43,756 nt of DNA, taken from positions 1-43,756 of the forward strand of contig JBAUKK010000238.1 of assembly GCA_049577645.1 (NCBI GenBank), written 5' to 3'. The number at the start of each line of letters is the position of its first letter. The stretch's first letter is position 1. Positions 16,241 through 24,321 of this stretch are shown here, piece after piece. This DNA comes from Candidatus Deferrimicrobiaceae bacterium. Its GTDB lineage: Bacteria > Desulfobacterota > Deferrimicrobia > Deferrimicrobiales > Deferrimicrobiaceae. The notes under the pieces were generated by a model. The model ran no database searches, was not told where the DNA came from, and saw only the letters and a list, made by a program, of their open reading frames with translations. The position numbers were made by a program, and so were the translations under genes.

Positions 16241-17866
16241 TTAATACATCGCCGGATCGGTATAGGTACCCATCGTTTCCCTAAACGCGTCGCAGATCTC
16301 CCCCACGGTGACGTATTCCCTCACCGCCTCAAGGATGACGGGCATCAGATTGACGCGGGAGAGAGAAGCGTCCTTCAGGGCGTCGATCCGGGAAGCCACC
16401 CGCCTCGCATTTCGCTTACTGCGTACTTCCCGCGTGCGGGCGATCTGCGTTCGCTCGACCTCCTTGTCGATCTTCAGGAGCGGAATGGGAATCTCCCCGT
16501 CGTTCGAATGGCAGTTGACCCCCACGATTCTTTTCTCCCCCTTCTCCAGGAGACGCTGGTAATGGTACGAGGCGTCGATGATCTCCCGCTGCGGGTATCC
16601 CCGCTTGATGGCTTCGACCATCCCTCCCAACTCGTCGATCTTGCGGATGTACCGCATCGCCTTCATTTCCATCTCGTTCGTCATCTTCTCGATGAGGAAC
16701 GATCCGCCTAGCGGATCGACGGAGTTTGCGACGCCGGACTCCTCGGCGAGGATCTGCTGGGTCCGCAGTGCGATCGTCACGGCATGCTCGGTGGGAAGGG
16801 CGAGGCTTTCGTCCATGGAATTCGTGTGGAGGGACTGCGTACCCCCCAGCACCGCCATCAATCCCTGGAGGGCCACCCGCACCACGTTGTTGATCGGCTG
16901 CTGGGCGGTAAGCGTCACGCCGGCGGTCTGGGTGTGAAAGCGCATCTTCCAGGAGTTCTCGTCCTTCGCCCGGAACCGTTCCCTCATGATTTTTGCCCAC
17001 ATGCGGCGCGCGGCACGGTACTTCGCGATTTCCTCGAAGAAATCCATATGGGCGTTGAAGAAGAAGGAAAGGCGGGGAGCGAACTTGTCGACCGGGATGC
17101 CCGCCTCGATTCCCGCCTGGACGTAGGCGATGCCGTCGGCGATGGTGAACGCGAGCTCCTGTACCGCCGTCGATCCCGCCTCCCGGATGTGGTACCCGCT
17201 GATGCTGATGGTGTTCCACTTCGGCACCTGGTCCGAGCAGTATGCCAGGATATCGGTGATGATCCGCATGGAAGGTTCGGGGGGGAAGATCCAGGAGTGC
17301 TGCGCGATGTACTCCTTCAGGATGTCGTTCTGGATCGTTCCTCCGATCTTCCGGGAGGAAACGCCCTGCCGCTCCGCCACCGCGATGTACATCGCCAGAA
17401 GGATCGCGGAAGGGGCGTTGATGGTCATGGAGGTGGTGATGCCGTCCAGCGGGATTCCCCGGAAAAGGATCTCCATGTCCCGGAGAGAGTCGACGGCCAC
17501 CCCGCACATGCCGACTTCCCCGCGGGCCCTGGGGCTATCCGAGTCGTACCCCATGAGAGTGGGGAAGTGGAACGCCACCGAGATGCCGGTCTGCCCCTGG
17601 CTCAGCAGGTAATGGTACCGTGCGTTCGTGTTCTCCGCCGTACCGAACCCGGAGAACTGGCGCATGGTCCAGAGACGCATCCGGTACATCGAAGGGTGGA
17701 TCCCGCGGGTATACGGGTATACGCCGGGGGATCCGACCTCCTTCAGGAAGTCGTGCCCTTCGAGGTCCGCCGGAGTGTAAAGGGGCGCCACATTCTCATC
17801 GGAGACGGTGGAAAACCGTTTGCGCCTTTCGGGCGACATCGCAATCGTCTTCTTTTTGCCGTTCAA
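16241..17866 (-). CDS. icmA: acyl-CoA mutase large (substrate-binding TIM barrel) subunit, isobutyryl-CoA mutase-like
   Basis: Family blocks: [65 protein letters not shown] and [15 protein letters not shown] start at 17866 behind AAGGGGGGAAGGGA. Alternative ATG at 17839. Confidence 0.8.
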   Translation of the reverse strand: MNGKKKTIAMSPERRKRFSTVSDENVAPLYTPADLEGHDFLKEVGSPGVYPYTRGIHPSMYRMRLWTMRQFSGFGTAENTNARYHYLLSQGQTGISVAFHFPTLMGYDSDSPRARGEVGMCGVAVDSLRDMEILFRGIPLDGITTSMTINAPSAILLAMYIAVAERQGVSSRKIGGTIQNDILKEYIAQHSWIFPPEPSMRIITDILAYCSDQVPKWNTISISGYHIREAGSTAVQELAFTIADGIAYVQAGIEAGIPVDKFAPRLSFFFNAHMDFFEEIAKYRAARRMWAKIMRERFRAKDENSWKMRFHTQTAGVTLTAQQPINNVVRVALQGLMAVLGGTQSLHTNSMDESLALPTEHAVTIALRTQQILAEESGVANSVDPLGGSFLIEKMTNEMEMKAMRYIRKIDELGGMVEAIKRGYPQREIIDASYHYQRLLEKGEKRIVGVNCHSNDGEIPIPLLKIDKEVERTQIARTREVRSKRNARRVASRIDALKDASLSRVNLMPVILEAVREYVTVGEICDAFRETMGTYTDPAMY

Positions 17867-17885
17867 TCCCTTCCCCCCTTTTCCC

Positions 17886-18425
17886 TTATCGTTCGATGCC
17901 CACGCGGGCGTCGACCCCCTTGCCGTAATAATGCTTGACCTCCCTCATTTCCGTCACCAGGTCGGCGATTGCGACGATCTCCTCCGGGGCGCCGCGCCCG
18001 GTCAGCACGATCTCCATTCCGTCCGGTTTCCCGCGCAACAGCTCAAGGACCTCCGCGACGGGGAGCAGAGCGAAGTCGACGGCGCAGTTGATCTCGTCCA
18101 GAACGACGATATCCGCCTTCCCGCCGAGGACCACCGATTTCGCCAGCTCCCACCCTTCCCGGGCGAGGCGCACGTCCTCGGGGTCGGGGGTTCTCCGGTC
18201 CACGAAGGTGTCCCGCCCGGCCTGGTGGATCTCGACGAAGGGGGACAGCATTTCCACGCCGTGCAGCTCCCCGTAGTCGATCCACCCTTTCATGAACTGG
18301 ATGATCACGGTCCGCAGTCCGTGTCCCGCCGCCCGCACGGCCAGGCCCAGGGACGCCGTGGTCTTCCCCTTGCCGTTTCCCGTGTACACCTGGATGTATC
18401 CCTTCCCTATGGTTCCCGGTTTCAT
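17886..18425 (-). CDS. cobO: corrinoid (cob(I)alamin) adenosyltransferase, CobA/CobO/BtuR type
   Basis: Motifs: [30 protein letters not shown] and VLDEIN. The ATG at 18425 overlaps the upstream ACAD stop (ATGA). Confidence 0.85.
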   Translation of the reverse strand: MKPGTIGKGYIQVYTGNGKGKTTASLGLAVRAAGHGLRTVIIQFMKGWIDYGELHGVEMLSPFVEIHQAGRDTFVDRRTPDPEDVRLAREGWELAKSVVLGGKADIVVLDEINCAVDFALLPVAEVLELLRGKPDGMEIVLTGRGAPEEIVAIADLVTEMREVKHYYGKGVDARVGIER

Positions 18426-19567
18426 CGGTATCCCTTCCGCACAAGGTCCCGGGCGATAATGATCCGCTGGATCTCGGAGGTCCCCTCGTAGATCGAGGTG
18501 ACCTTGACGTCCCGCAGATGTCTCTCCACCGGGTATTCGCGCATGTACCCGTACCCGCCGAAGACCTGTACCGCGCGGTGGCAGGCACGATATGCCGCCT
18601 CGGAGGCGAATACCTTCGCGACCGACGCCTCGCGGGTGAAGGAGCCCCCCGTCTCCTTGCGATAGGCGGCGCGGAGCGCGAGAAGTCCGGCGGCATCCAG
18701 TTCCGTCGCGGAATCGGCGAGCATCCACTGGATCGCCTGGAATCCGGAAAGGGGATGCCCGAACTGCTTTCTCTCCCTCGCGTAGGAGATCGCCGACTCG
18801 ATCGCCGCCCGGGCGATCCCGATCGCCTGCGACGCGATCCCGACCCGGCCCCCGTCCAACGCGGTCATGACGATCCGGAATCCTTCGCCCTCCTCTCCCA
18901 GCCGGTTCCGTTTCGGTACCCGGCAGTCCTCGAAGGTGAGGGATACGGTGTCGGATCCTTTCAATCCCAGCTTCCGCTCCGGCCTTCCGCTTACATACCC
19001 GCGCGTCCCGCGTTCGACGAGAAAGGCGCTGATTTTCTTCTTGGGCTCCTTCTGCGTTACTGCCGTGACGATGGCGACGTCCGCGCGGGACCCGTTGGTG
19101 ATGAAGGTCTTGCTGCCGTTCAGCACGTACGCGTCTCCGTCCGGAACGGCGACGGTGGAGATTCCGAAGGCATCGGACCCGGCCGAAGGTTCGGTAATCG
19201 CGAACGCTCCCGATTCGGCGCCGGAGGCCAGATCCGTGAGGAAGCGACGGCGCTGCTCCTCGCTGCCGAAGCGATAGATCGTCTCCCCCACCATGTTGGT
19301 GACCGCCATCCCCACCCCGGTGGACGCGCACCCCCGTGCCACTTCCTCGAGGGCGATCGCATAGGCAACCGCGCCCGTCTCCGAGCCCCCGCAGGACGCC
19401 GGGATGAGCATACCGAGAAGACCGAGTTCGGCCAGACGGCTCAGGTTCTCTTCCGGGTAGCGGCTATGCTCATCGATCTCCGCGGCCTTCGGAGCGAATT
19501 CCTTCCGGGCAAGGGACCGGACCATCTCCCGTATCTGCGCCACTTCGCCGCCGGGTTCGAACCGCAT
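18422..19567 (-). CDS. acyl-CoA dehydrogenase (paralogue 2)
   Basis: Motifs: AITEPSAGSD, FITNG, FQAIQWMLAD and IYEGTSEIQR. Confidence 0.9.
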   Translation of the reverse strand: MRFEPGGEVAQIREMVRSLARKEFAPKAAEIDEHSRYPEENLSRLAELGLLGMLIPASCGGSETGAVAYAIALEEVARGCASTGVGMAVTNMVGETIYRFGSEEQRRRFLTDLASGAESGAFAITEPSAGSDAFGISTVAVPDGDAYVLNGSKTFITNGSRADVAIVTAVTQKEPKKKISAFLVERGTRGYVSGRPERKLGLKGSDTVSLTFEDCRVPKRNRLGEEGEGFRIVMTALDGGRVGIASQAIGIARAAIESAISYARERKQFGHPLSGFQAIQWMLADSATELDAAGLLALRAAYRKETGGSFTREASVAKVFASEAAYRACHRAVQVFGGYGYMREYPVERHLRDVKVTSIYEGTSEIQRIIIARDLVRKGYR

Positions 19568-19571
19568 GCCG

Positions 19572-20714
19572 TCAGTCCGTAAGCAATGCCGAGGCGATCA
19601 CCAGACGCTGGATTTCCGATGTCCCCTCGTAGATCTCGGTGATTTTCGCGTCTCGGAAATGCCGCTCCGCCGGGTACTCCCTGATGTACCCGTATCCGCC
19701 GTGAATCTGTATCCCCTTCACGCTCGCCCGCATCGCCGCTTCGGACGCATACAGCTTCGCCATGGAGGATTCCTTCGTGTACCGCAGATTCCGGTCTTTC
19801 CGCCAGGCGGCGCGGTAGGTAAGCATCCTTGCGGCGTCGATTTCCGTGGCCATGTCGGCGAGCATCCACTGGATCGCCTGGAAGTTCGCGATGGGCTGGC
19901 CGAACTGCTTGCGCTCCTTCGCGTACGCGAGGGCATCCTCGAGCGATGCCCGGGCGATTCCGATCGCCTGGGCGGCGATCCCGATTCTGCCCCCGTCGAG
20001 GGTATGCATGGCGATCTTGAACCCCTCCCCCTCGTTTCCCAGTCGATTCTCCGCCGGGATCTTTACGTCCTCCAGGATGATGGACGCGGTGGCAGATGCG
20101 CAAATTCCAAGTTTTTTCTCTTTTTTCCCTACAGTTACCCCTTGCGTCTTCATGTCAAGGATGAAGGTCGTGATCCCCTTGTGTTTCTTCCCCGCGTCGG
20201 TCATTGCGAACAGGACGCAGGTGTCTGCCTGGGGGGCGTTCGTGATGAAGTTCTTGGTTCCGTTGAGCACGTAATGGCTTCCGTCCCGGACGGCCGTCGT
20301 CTTCTGGGATCCCGCATCGGATCCCGCCCCCGGCTCCGTGAGCCCGAAGCACCCCAGGTGTTTTCCGGAGGCGAGGGAGACGAGATAGTTTCTTTTCTGC
20401 TCTTCGTTGCCGAACGAAAGTATCGGGTCGCACGCAAGGGAATTGTTCACCGACAGGATGACGGCCGTGGATGCGCAGGCCCGGGCAATTTCCTCCATCG
20501 CGATCGCGTAGCAGATGTTGTCCATTCCCGATCCTCCGTATTCCTCGGGGACGGCCACGCCCATCAGTCCCAGTCCGGCCATCTGACGGACGAGTTCTTC
20601 CGGAAAGCGTTCGGTTTCGTCCAGCTCCGCGGCCTTCGGGAGCACCTCCTTCTGCGCAAAGCTCCGCGCCATCTCCTGGATCATCCTCTGCTCTTCGGTA
20701 AGGTCGAAATCCAT
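19572..20714 (-). CDS. acyl-CoA dehydrogenase (paralogue 3, butyryl-CoA dehydrogenase-like)
   Basis: Canonical N-terminus MDFDLTEEQ behind GGGGGGAGAGGAG. Also GLTEPGAGSD, FQAIQWMLAD and IYEGTSEIQR. The ATG at 20750 is an alternative start. Confidence 0.9.
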   Translation of the reverse strand: MDFDLTEEQRMIQEMARSFAQKEVLPKAAELDETERFPEELVRQMAGLGLMGVAVPEEYGGSGMDNICYAIAMEEIARACASTAVILSVNNSLACDPILSFGNEEQKRNYLVSLASGKHLGCFGLTEPGAGSDAGSQKTTAVRDGSHYVLNGTKNFITNAPQADTCVLFAMTDAGKKHKGITTFILDMKTQGVTVGKKEKKLGICASATASIILEDVKIPAENRLGNEGEGFKIAMHTLDGGRIGIAAQAIGIARASLEDALAYAKERKQFGQPIANFQAIQWMLADMATEIDAARMLTYRAAWRKDRNLRYTKESSMAKLYASEAAMRASVKGIQIHGGYGYIREYPAERHFRDAKITEIYEGTSEIQRLVIASALLTD

Positions 20715-20755
20715 CTTCTCCTCTCCCCCCGGTAGTGCGGTGATCGCCATGGTGC

Positions 20756-21538
20756 CTATCTGCCCTGGAATGCCGGCGCCCTCTTTTCCAGGAAGGCGGT
20801 CATCCCCTCCGCTCCGTCCCCGGTGGAAAACATTACGGCGAAGGCGTTCGCCTCGAGCGCACAGGCGGACTCCAGGTCGAGGTCAATTCCGCGGTTCATG
20901 ACCGACTTGGCGGTACGCAAGGCGACCGGCGCCTTCTCGAGGATCTTCCGGGCAATCTCCCGCGCGGCTTCCATCAGGCCGGCCTGGGGCACGACCCGGT
21001 TCACCAGCCCGATCTCGTACGCCCTTTGCGCCGAAATCATCTCCCCCATCAGGACGATCTCCTTCGCGATATTCCGCCCCACGAGACGGGGAAGGCGCTG
21101 CGTCCCCCCGTACCCGGGAATAATACCCAGGTTCACTTCGGGCTGGCCGAAGCGGGCCGTGTCCGCGGCGAGGAGGATGTCGCACGCCATCGCCAGTTCG
21201 CAGCCGCCCCCCAGCGCGAACCCGTTGATCACTCCGATCACCGGCTGGGGAAGTCGCTCGATGTTCCCGAGGACACCGTGCCCGAACCGGGAAAACTCCA
21301 GCACCTGGAGCGGCGTGAATTCCCGCATTTCGGAGACGTCCGCCCCCGCGACGAATGCCTTCTCCCCCGCTCCCGTGAGGAGGACGACCCCGACATCCCT
21401 CCCCCGCGCGATCTCTTCCAGGGCGGCGGAAAGCTCCTGCATCGTCGCCCGGTTCAAGGCGTTCAACGACTTCGGCCGGTTGATGGTGATGGTGGCGATC
21501 CTGCCGGAAACATCGACAAGAAGGTTTTCGTAGGCCAT
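20756..21538 (-). CDS. enoyl-CoA hydratase (crotonase family)
   Basis: Motifs: ATITINRPKSLNAL, LTGAGEKAFVAGADV and GFALGGGCELAMACD. ATG at 21538 behind GGGGGGAAAAGAG. Confidence 0.9.
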   Translation of the reverse strand: MAYENLLVDVSGRIATITINRPKSLNALNRATMQELSAALEEIARGRDVGVVLLTGAGEKAFVAGADVSEMREFTPLQVLEFSRFGHGVLGNIERLPQPVIGVINGFALGGGCELAMACDILLAADTARFGQPEVNLGIIPGYGGTQRLPRLVGRNIAKEIVLMGEMISAQRAYEIGLVNRVVPQAGLMEAAREIARKILEKAPVALRTAKSVMNRGIDLDLESACALEANAFAVMFSTGDGAEGMTAFLEKRAPAFQGR

Positions 21539-21551
21539 CTCTTTTCCCCCC

Positions 21552-22409
21552 TCACTTTTTTTCGTAGGTGTAGAATCCTCTCCCCGTCTTCTTCCCGAGA
21601 TAGCCGGCCTCCACATATTTCCGCAGAAGCGGACAGGGTCGGTACTTCGAATCCCCGAAATCCTCCTGCAGCACCTTCATGATCTCGAGACAGGTATCCA
21701 GGCCGATGAGATCCGCCAGGGCAAGCGGGCCCATCGGGTGGTTCGCGCCCATCCGCATGATGGCGTCGATCTCCTCGGCCTTTCCGACTCCCTCCATCAG
21801 GGCGAAGACGGCCTCGTTGATCATCGGCATCAGGATCCTGTTGACGACGAATCCGGGGAAATCGTTGGCCGGGACGGGCTCTTTGCCCAATCGGCGGGCC
21901 AGTTCCATGGTTGTGTCGAAGGTCTCGGGAGAGGTCGGAAGCCCACGGATGATTTCGACCAGCTTCATGAGGGGTACCGGGTTCATGAAATGCATCCCGA
22001 CAACCTTGTCGGGGCGCCTGGTCGCGGATCCGATCCTGGTGATGGACAGGGAGGAGGTGTTCGTGGCGAGGACCTTCCCCGGAGGCACGATTTCGTCGAG
22101 CTGACGGAAGAGGGAAAGCTTGAGCTCCTCCCGCTCCGTGGCCGCTTCCACGACGAAATCGCACGCGGAAAAGTCGCTCAGGCGCGTGGTCGTAACGAGG
22201 TTTCCCGACATTGCCTCCTTGTCGCCTGCGGTGATCTTTTCCTTCCGCACGAGGATGTCGAGTCCCTTCCCGATGCCCGCACGCGACTTGGCGAGGATCC
22301 CGTCGGACAGGTCGTTCAACAGGACCTTGAATCCGTTCATCAGGGAGACCTGGGCGATTCCGCTTCCCATCTGTCCCCCGCCGACGACGCCGATGGTCCG
22401 GATTTCCAT
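21552..22409 (-). CDS. hbd: 3-hydroxybutyryl-CoA dehydrogenase
   Basis: Rossmann motif IGVVGGGQMGSGIA, plus NTSSLSIT, HFMNPVPLMKLVE and PGFVVNR. Confidence 0.92.
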   Translation of the reverse strand: MEIRTIGVVGGGQMGSGIAQVSLMNGFKVLLNDLSDGILAKSRAGIGKGLDILVRKEKITAGDKEAMSGNLVTTTRLSDFSACDFVVEAATEREELKLSLFRQLDEIVPPGKVLATNTSSLSITRIGSATRRPDKVVGMHFMNPVPLMKLVEIIRGLPTSPETFDTTMELARRLGKEPVPANDFPGFVVNRILMPMINEAVFALMEGVGKAEEIDAIMRMGANHPMGPLALADLIGLDTCLEIMKVLQEDFGDSKYRPCPLLRKYVEAGYLGKKTGRGFYTYEKK

Positions 22410-22472
22410 GTTCTCTCCTCTTGAAAAGGTGGCGTTCCTCCTTCCGGAGGTGTCGGGGAGTGCGCTCTTCAG

Positions 22473-23651
22473 TTACCGGCGCTCGACGAGCATCGCGACG
22501 GCCTCTCCGCCGCCGATGCACAGCGACGCGATGCCGTAGCGCTCTCCCCGGTCCTCCATGGCGTACAGGAGCGTGGTCAGGATCTTCGCCCCCGAGGCGC
22601 CGACCGGGTGTCCGAGGGCGACCGCCCCGCCATGGACGTTGACGCGCGCCGGGTCGAGCGAAAGCCCCCGTATCGCCGCGATCGCAACCGAGGAGAAGGC
22701 CTCGTTGATCTCGTAGAGCCCCACCTGGTCCTTGTCCACCCCCGTCTTATGGAACAGGCTGCGGATGGCATCGATCGGCGCCAGCGTGAACCAGGCCGGC
22801 GCCCGGGAGGTGGTCGTATATCCCGCTATCCTTGCCAGGGGTTTGATTCCCCGCCTGGCGGCAGCCTCCGCCGACATCACCACGACGGCCGCCGCCCCGT
22901 CGTTGATGGTGGAGGCGTTTCCCGCGGTGACCGTCCCCCCCTTCTCGAAGGCAGGTTTCATCGAGGGAAGCTTCTCGATGTTTCCGCGGCCCGGCTCCTC
23001 GTCGACGCGGAAGACGACGGGGTCCCCCTTCCTCTGGGGGATCTTCACCCCCACGATTTCCTTATCGAAATTTCCGTCCCGGATCGCCGCAAGCGCCCGC
23101 CGGTAGGAATTGCCGGCGTACTCGTCCTGGTCCTCCCGGGTGATTCGGTGTTCCCGGGAAAGCAGTTCCGCGCAGTTTCCCATGTGGATGCCGTCGTAAG
23201 CGTCGATCAGTCCATCGATCATCATGTGGTCGTAAAGCGTGTCGTTTCCGAGGCGGTACCCGGTTCGGCCCCGCTTCAGGAGGTACGGGGCCTGGCTCAT
23301 CGACTCCATCCCGCCTCCCACCACCACTTCGAACTCGTCCGTGGCGACGGCCTGGGCGGCGAGCATCACGGCCTTGAGTCCCGATCCGCACATCTTGTTG
23401 ATGGTCATCGCTCCCGCCGATACGGGGATCTCCGCGAAGATCCCCGCCTGGCGCGCGGGTGCCTGTCCCACGCCGGCCGGCAGGACGTTCCCCATGATGA
23501 TCTGTTCCACTTCTTCCTTTTTGATCCCGCTGCGGGAAACCGCCTCGGCGATCGCAACCGCGCCGAGCTTCGGCGCCGGGATGTCGGCAAGGCTTCCGAG
23601 AAAGCTTCCTGCGGCCGTTCTCGCCGCGCTCGTGATGACGACTTCCTTCAT
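22473..23651 (-). CDS. acetyl-CoA C-acetyltransferase (thiolase II)
   Basis: Active-site block INKMCGSGLKAV, plus NVHGGAVALGHPVGASG and a C-terminal ASLCIGGGEAVAM. SD AAGGAG. Confidence 0.92.
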   Translation of the reverse strand: MKEVVITSAARTAAGSFLGSLADIPAPKLGAVAIAEAVSRSGIKKEEVEQIIMGNVLPAGVGQAPARQAGIFAEIPVSAGAMTINKMCGSGLKAVMLAAQAVATDEFEVVVGGGMESMSQAPYLLKRGRTGYRLGNDTLYDHMMIDGLIDAYDGIHMGNCAELLSREHRITREDQDEYAGNSYRRALAAIRDGNFDKEIVGVKIPQRKGDPVVFRVDEEPGRGNIEKLPSMKPAFEKGGTVTAGNASTINDGAAAVVVMSAEAAARRGIKPLARIAGYTTTSRAPAWFTLAPIDAIRSLFHKTGVDKDQVGLYEINEAFSSVAIAAIRGLSLDPARVNVHGGAVALGHPVGASGAKILTTLLYAMEDRGERYGIASLCIGGGEAVAMLVERR

Positions 23652-24175
23652 CGGTTTCTCCTTTGCCTGTCCCGTTTTCCGGGGACATTCCTCGAGGTTC
23701 CCGGGAAACGCTCCTTGAGGTTGTCGGTAGAACGGTTGAAGGAGTGTCCCCGCCCATGAGGAGTGTCCCCGCCCATCGTCTCCTGCATCATCTTTCCGCG
23801 CAGCCGGGCCTGGTACTCTCGGATTTCCGTCTTCAGGGCGACCAGCTGGCTGATCCGGTCGTCGATCTGGACCGCCCGCTCATCCAGGATCGCGAGCAGT
23901 TTCGGGAGGATCTCCCGGTTGTTCCTCTGGGTCCGGTAGACCTTCTCCAGTTCGACCATCTCCGCCAGGGAGAGCCCGAGAACCTTGAGCCGGTTGATGA
24001 ATTTGAGACGACGGACGTCGTCGTCGGTGTAGATCCGTTTCCCGTTATCGATCCTGCGGACGCTGTGGAGAAGTCCGATCTCCTCGTAATACCGGATCGT
24101 CCGCTGGGACAGGTCGACCTTCCCGGCCAGTTCGCCGATGGAATAGGTTTTCTGCACCTGCGCGGGGGGGGTCAT
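23648..24175 (-). CDS. MerR-family transcriptional regulator with an unusual ~45-aa low-complexity tail
   Basis: HTH YSIGELAGKVDLSQRTIRYYEEIGLL...RIYTDDDVRRLKFI is followed by a coiled-coil dimerisation helix. The stop overlaps the thiolase ATG (ATGA). Confidence 0.8.
   Translation of the reverse strand: MTPPAQVQKTYSIGELAGKVDLSQRTIRYYEEIGLLHSVRRIDNGKRIYTDDDVRRLKFINRLKVLGLSLAEMVELEKVYRTQRNNREILPKLLAILDERAVQIDDRISQLVALKTEIREYQARLRGKMMQETMGGDTPHGRGHSFNRSTDNLKERFPGTSRNVPGKRDRQRRNR
23740..23777 (-). repeat. tandem direct repeat, 2 x 19 nt (18/19 identical)
   Basis: The unit aggagtgtccccgcccat[g/c] occurs at 23740-23758 and 23759-23777. It lies inside the 3' tail of merR. Confidence 0.95.
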
Positions 24176-24176
24176 A

Positions 24177-24200
24177 TTGCCACCTTACGTTAACTGGCAA
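24177..24200 (-). promoter_or_regulatory. inverted repeat TTGCCA-N12-TGGCAA covering the merR 5' UTR/SD
   Basis: The arms lie at 24177-24182 and 24195-24200. On the - strand the 3' arm overlaps the SD AAGGTGG, 5 nt before the ATG. Confidence 0.45.
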
Positions 24201-24201
24201 A

Positions 24202-24230
24202 ATCGTATCGGAACAGAACCTTGCTGTCAA
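24202..24230 (-). promoter_or_regulatory. candidate sigma70 promoter TTGACA-17 nt-TACGAT for the merR-led cluster
   Basis: On the - strand, TTGACA lies at 24230-24225 and TACGAT at 24207-24202. It sits in an AT-rich 146-nt intergenic region. Confidence 0.5.
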
Positions 24231-24321
24231 GAAGCTCTCCGGCCCTTGTGCGAAAATTGATTGTAACATCTTGAATCTATATGTATATCCTCGTTGCTGT
24301 TTCGGAAACGGAGTTTGAAAT

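Noticed and set aside
23062-23757. A 231-aa - strand ORF starting at the second copy of the 19-nt repeat and overlapping the thiolase gene
   Set aside because: The translation is low-complexity and Arg/Gly-rich, out of frame with a strongly supported thiolase. It is only relevant as the frame MerR would follow if the duplication were absent.
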